A stretch of DNA of 64,000 bases, taken from Phoronis australis (lineage: Eukaryota > Animalia > Phoronida). Numbering within the stretch: the stretch's first letter is position 1; every line of letters begins with the position of its first letter. Below the pieces are notes generated by a model. It made no database searches. It was not told the origin of the DNA and worked only from the letters and a program-made list of their open reading frames with translations. The position numbers and the translations under genes were made by a program. Where the stretch lies: assembly GCA_002633005.1 (NCBI GenBank), contig NMRA01000024.1, positions 62,001 to 126,000 of the forward strand. Reading direction: 5' to 3'. This document shows, in pieces, positions 61,801-64,000 of this stretch.

Positions 61801-63400
61801 AGATTAATAAATAAAATAAATTGGTTATAAAAATTAGTTAATATGTACAATTAGATGAATAACTAAGACAAAATAGAGTAAAATAATGATGAGCTGAAGC
61901 CTACAGTCCCTAAGTGTGCGCAAAGTCCCAGTATTTCTGTTTGAAGACGTGGACATTGGGCACATTCGTGACAACAGTCCCAGCCATTGTCAGCAACAGC
62001 ACCTCTGTAGGCAAAAGTTCTTTTGCAGCAGTTGTTTTCAGGTTTATCTAATGAGACAAACACTCGGTTGAAAGGACAAAACCACATTAAAAGAAGATAA
62101 ATATAATGAACACTGTAGATGTAAATATAATGAAATAAACAAAAAGTAATCACAGGCAACTATGAAGACAAAAAAAGTACCAGAGCAACTACAAATTCTG
62201 GATTGAATGCCTAGCCGAAGCTCAAATATATACAACAGCTCGTAACGATAGCTACAGCTAATTGAACAAACTAAGAGGTCTGTTTGACAATACATCATAC
62301 TTATTATTTGTTTGTCAACATGACACGACTTGGCTTACCCTTCGTGATTTGGATGGTTCTTATCGAAAGCCTCCTTGACATCTGAGCCCTTGTAAGCGAT
62401 CATAGTATAGTTATTGGAGGCTGGCAGGTGGCGCCATGAGGGCTCAACCACAAAGACGTCCGTGGGGGTGCGGATCGTTGCCGACAACGCATCGTCTTCC
62501 CAATATGCTTGCACAGAGGAGTGAGATTCATCTACAAAAGGTGTCACTACTGCAGTGGTATCCAAGGAACATAACTGATATGCTAATTACGGTGTTCAAA
62601 CATTCAATAAACTTAACTTACCCCCATATTTCCAGCTCCATTAAGAGCAAATTAATTCACAGCAGTTTTTTTTTTCTTAAATGAACCTTGAGCGTTTTAC
62701 AATATGCAAAAAGATGTTTTGATTTGGTTACAAAACGAGCATAGTTGTTTTGTGTATGCCCACAGCACATTTATGAATTCATAGCAATGAAAATAAGAAC
62801 AAAACAGAGCACAGAAGTTGAAACCAAACAGGTTTAAAATTCAATTGTATTTCATCACAATTCACAAGAATTCATGATGCTGGGCAACAAATGATATTTT
62901 AGGTCAACAGAAATTTTATCAAGAACCGTCGCACAAGATATCAAGAGTCTGTGGCGAGATAACAGTTGAGGTTTACTGGATTTACCTCCCCTGACACATT
63001 ATCCCTAAAGCCTTTTCTGAGCCAGAGGCATTCATTAATGGCAAGTCCTGCACAGTCTCTCATTGGTCATTGGAAAAACTATGACATCACAGGATGCAAA
63101 TTTTTGACTGGTCAATTTCTGGGAAACCAATAATGTTTTAAAAAACTTCAAACCCTTCATGTCATAAATTTCTGGTGTCATGGCATAGACATTTGCAGTG
63201 TCACTCTGGTCACATGAGGGCACTGCAAAGGAACTAACTGCTCTAGCTATGTAATCAATTCCATACCTTCATCGTAGCCCGTGTAAAACGAGCTCTCGTC
63301 TACTGCAAAGCGCTTTTCATTGCCGTGGCCATCGACAGCAACTGCTCTGAATGATGAGGACAATAACCCTTTTTGAGATTTAAGGAAGAGGTTGAAGTTC
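34722..63400 (-). CDS. ADAM17: ADAM17 (TACE) disintegrin-metalloproteinase; multi-exon, 5' exon(s) outside the window
   Basis: Exons chain with consistent phases and GT-AG ends: 63400-63267, 62531-62339, 61636-61542, 60417-60293, 59057-58971, 57485-57390, one of [53569-53422 | 51572-51425 | 50818-50680], 48123-48013, 46510-46505, 45912-45794, 44692-44623, 43527-43389, 42745-42638, 41868-41806, 40819-40746, 38308-38175, 37407-37329, 36450-36362, 35589-35536, 34832-(34743/34722). Motifs: cysteine switch PSVCG, furin site [25 protein letters not shown], Met-turn GGKFIMY, disintegrin CGN..EAGEECD, CxxC (CLYCCRD), CANDIS-like [33 protein letters not shown]. Confidence 0.95.
35180..35293. repeat. 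Tandem repeat, about 40-bp unit x3
   Basis: taaccagatactcaacactgataacatta repeated three times. Confidence 0.85.
35536..35589 (-). CDS. ADAM17: ADAM17 juxtamembrane cytoplasmic exon
   Basis: [18 protein letters not shown]; phase 0-0; donor gtaaga. Confidence 0.85.
36362..36450 (-). CDS. ADAM17: ADAM17 transmembrane exon
   Basis: [30 protein letters not shown]; donor gtaagt. Confidence 0.92.
36746..36985 (-). mobile_element. tRNA-derived SINE, copy 2
   Basis: Reverse complement of 22387-22623; perfect 13-bp TSD gctttaagaggaa (36733-36745 and 36986-36998). Confidence 0.88.
37115..37275. repeat. Tandem repeat, about 56-bp unit x3
   Basis: tatgaatctcgg.ga..a.ccccagtgg.cacaga.g.atgac repeated. 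Confidence 0.8.
37329..37407 (-). CDS. ADAM17: ADAM17 stalk (CANDIS-like) exon
   Basis: [26 protein letters not shown]. Confidence 0.88.
38175..38308 (-). CDS. ADAM17: ADAM17 membrane-proximal (CxxC) exon
   Basis: [45 protein letters not shown]. Confidence 0.9.
38505..39187 (+). mobile_element. Second HINE/DINE-like element copy (runs into gap)
   Basis: First 230 bp or so are nearly identical to 28661-28897, followed by the same tandem core repeats. Confidence 0.8.
40538..40719. repeat. Minisatellite, 31-bp unit, about x6
   Basis: acaacaatggccaccactatgcaccacaaat repeated; it explains the three overlapping repetitive ORFs here. Confidence 0.92.
40746..40819 (-). CDS. ADAM17: ADAM17 membrane-proximal exon
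   Basis: [24 protein letters not shown]. Confidence 0.9.
41806..41868 (-). CDS. ADAM17: ADAM17 disintegrin/membrane-proximal exon
   Basis: [20 protein letters not shown]; donor gtgagt. Confidence 0.88.
41869..42637 (-). other. U12-type (minor spliceosome) GT-AG intron in ADAM17
   Basis: Donor GTATCCTTT; branch site TTCCTTAAC (41887-41879) ends 10 nt before the exon start; no long polypyrimidine tract. Confidence 0.92.
42638..42745 (-). CDS. ADAM17: ADAM17 disintegrin exon
   Basis: [36 protein letters not shown]; followed by a U12-type donor. Confidence 0.9.
43085..43311 (-). mobile_element. tRNA-derived SINE, copy 3 (older)
   Basis: Diverged match: aattgcaggc..cattgcactgatcacctggaa..tcaagggtttagcag..gtaaagaaagcgg..ggccacactg.ctcct. 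Confidence 0.8.
43389..43527 (-). CDS. ADAM17: ADAM17 disintegrin exon
   Basis: [47 protein letters not shown]. Confidence 0.92.
44623..44692 (-). CDS. ADAM17: ADAM17 end of catalytic domain
   Basis: [23 protein letters not shown]; phase 0-1. Confidence 0.9.
45259..45542. repeat. Near-perfect foldback inverted repeat (arms about 118 bp)
   Basis: 45259-45376 is the reverse complement of 45425-45542. A related single copy lies at about 63460-63670. Confidence 0.9.
45794..45912 (-). CDS. ADAM17: ADAM17 zinc-binding/Met-turn exon
   Basis: [40 protein letters not shown]; donor gtaagt. Confidence 0.94.
46505..46510 (-). CDS. ADAM17: ADAM17 6-nt microexon (AATTTG) completing the catalytic Glu and Phe of HEFGH
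   Basis: actaat..polypyrimidine..ttttgcggacatcag|AATTTG|gtgagtc. It is required to turn CAT G|GT CAC (HGH) into CAT GAA TTT GGT CAC (HEFGH). Confidence 0.85.
47560..47930. repeat. Degenerate tandem array, about 22-bp unit
   Basis: (g/a)agcttgaataatattggc(c/t) repeated about 17 times. Confidence 0.85.
48013..48123 (-). CDS. ADAM17: ADAM17 exon ending at the first zinc-ligand His
   Basis: [37 protein letters not shown] + G; phase 1-1. Confidence 0.93.
50680..50818 (-). CDS. ADAM17: ADAM17 alternative exon C
   Basis: 139 nt, phase 0-1: [46 protein letters not shown]; ttatttgcag| and G|gtgact. Confidence 0.88.
51425..51572 (-). CDS. ADAM17: ADAM17 alternative exon B
   Basis: 148 nt, phase 0-1: [49 protein letters not shown]; ttttttgtag| and G|gtgact. 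Not in the supplied ORF track. Confidence 0.88.
53422..53569 (-). CDS. ADAM17: ADAM17 alternative exon A (CLAHLFT..LGL..GGIC)
   Basis: 148 nt, phase 0-1: [49 protein letters not shown]; tcgcag| and G|gtacac. Confidence 0.85.
57390..57485 (-). CDS. ADAM17: ADAM17 catalytic-domain exon
   Basis: [32 protein letters not shown]; phase 0-0; donor gtaagt. Confidence 0.9.
57545..57743. mobile_element. Palindromic MITE containing a tRNA-like Pol III head
   Basis: Arm tctgatcagcatgccacctatgggcacatca pairs with reverse complement tctggtctgcacgccacctgtggtcacatca; TTA on both flanks; internal ggctcagtggactagagcg..cccgggttcgagtccc (57638-57693). Confidence 0.65.
58254..58452. repeat. Minisatellite, 32-bp unit, about x6
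   Basis: agataaatgcaccagacttgcatggagtagtc repeated. Confidence 0.92.
58971..59057 (-). CDS. ADAM17: ADAM17 catalytic-domain exon
   Basis: [29 protein letters not shown]; phase 0-0. Confidence 0.9.
59695..59799. repeat. Polypurine G/A-rich simple repeat at gap edge
   Basis: gggagggagggggaaggcga-type units. Confidence 0.85.
60035..60160. repeat. Tandem repeat, 21-22-bp unit
   Basis: tggtaaacagtgacttgtgttt repeated about 4-5 times. Confidence 0.85.
60293..60417 (-). CDS. ADAM17: ADAM17 furin site and start of catalytic domain
   Basis: [41 protein letters not shown]; donor gtgagt. Confidence 0.93.
61542..61636 (-). CDS. ADAM17: ADAM17 cysteine-switch exon
   Basis: [31 protein letters not shown]; phase 2-1; donor gtaagt. 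Confidence 0.85.
62339..62531 (-). CDS. ADAM17: ADAM17 prodomain exon
   Basis: [44 protein letters not shown]; ttttgtag| and GG|gtaagc. Confidence 0.92.
63267..63400 (-). CDS. ADAM17: ADAM17 prodomain exon
   Basis: [44 protein letters not shown]; ttttacag| and G|gtatgg. Confidence 0.9.
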
Positions 63401-64000
63401 CTGTAAAAAACAAGAGGGATGAAGTGCAAAATACGGGCATTACATACAATGTCCATTTTGTCCAAAACATAGTGACTAACGTAGAAAATAAATCTGAAAC
63501 TAAATAAGGCAATCCAGATCCTCTCAAGGATACTATTGTTTCACGAAATGTAGAATATATATGTAAATGAAACAACAAGAATGGATCAACTGAAATTTTT
63601 GGATATAATGAAATCCTTCATCAAGAGAAACAGAAATAAAGTAAAATCAAATACTACATGACAATTGACATTTAAGATGTGGCGTATTTATTCATACCGC
63701 AAATATCTCACCAATTTAGGAGACAGCAACATGTCAGACAAGTGAAATTCTATTTTACGAATTTGGTCGCCCGATAGGCCCGAGTGTACCATGAATTTTG
63801 CACCCGTTGTAATAACATTGCACAAACGTCGCAAAGATGTAGTTTGACACAAAATCAGAATTCTCCACCAGTTGTAGTAAGAGGGCGCTGCATAGCTGTT
63901 TACTATGCACCCTGGTAGAATTCCCAAGACCTCTGTTAATTTGTTTAGCTAAGAAATGTTTGCCTGCACTCTTTTCAGCCAACTTACATATGGCTTAGAC

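Noticed and set aside
34722-63400. ADAM10/Kuzbanian identity for the metalloprotease
   Set aside because: [18 protein letters not shown], the CxxC/CANDIS-like stalk and the NIVG..FSL..WIP transmembrane segment are ADAM17-type.

Overview
Intron-rich eukaryotic genomic DNA from a draft scaffold with five N-gaps. The repeat landscape suggests an animal, probably a marine invertebrate of lophotrochozoan type (inference). There are three parts. (1) About 1330-14000: a large, decayed, intron-containing DNA transposon on the + strand. Its product reconstructs as Tudor/chromo-barrel-like N-terminus, USP-like cysteine-peptidase fold, Transib/RAG1-like DDE core (D-D-C(2)H-E), IQ motif, BRCT and an HMG-box-like C-terminus. 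It is bracketed by degenerate inverted terminal blocks. (2) About 14000-30000: repeat-rich intergenic DNA with a small orphan 2-TM ORF, MITEs (some with CAC/CAT ends and 5-bp TSDs), a Harbinger relic, tRNA-derived SINEs and Helentron-type non-autonomous elements. (3) About 34720 to beyond 64000, - strand: an ADAM17/TACE gene whose exons I could chain in phase. It has three homologous, apparently mutually exclusive exons for the substrate-binding edge strand of the catalytic domain, a 6-nt microexon supplying the catalytic Glu of HExxH, and one GT-AG U12-type intron. All calls come from manual reading, translation and remembered motifs. No database searches were run.
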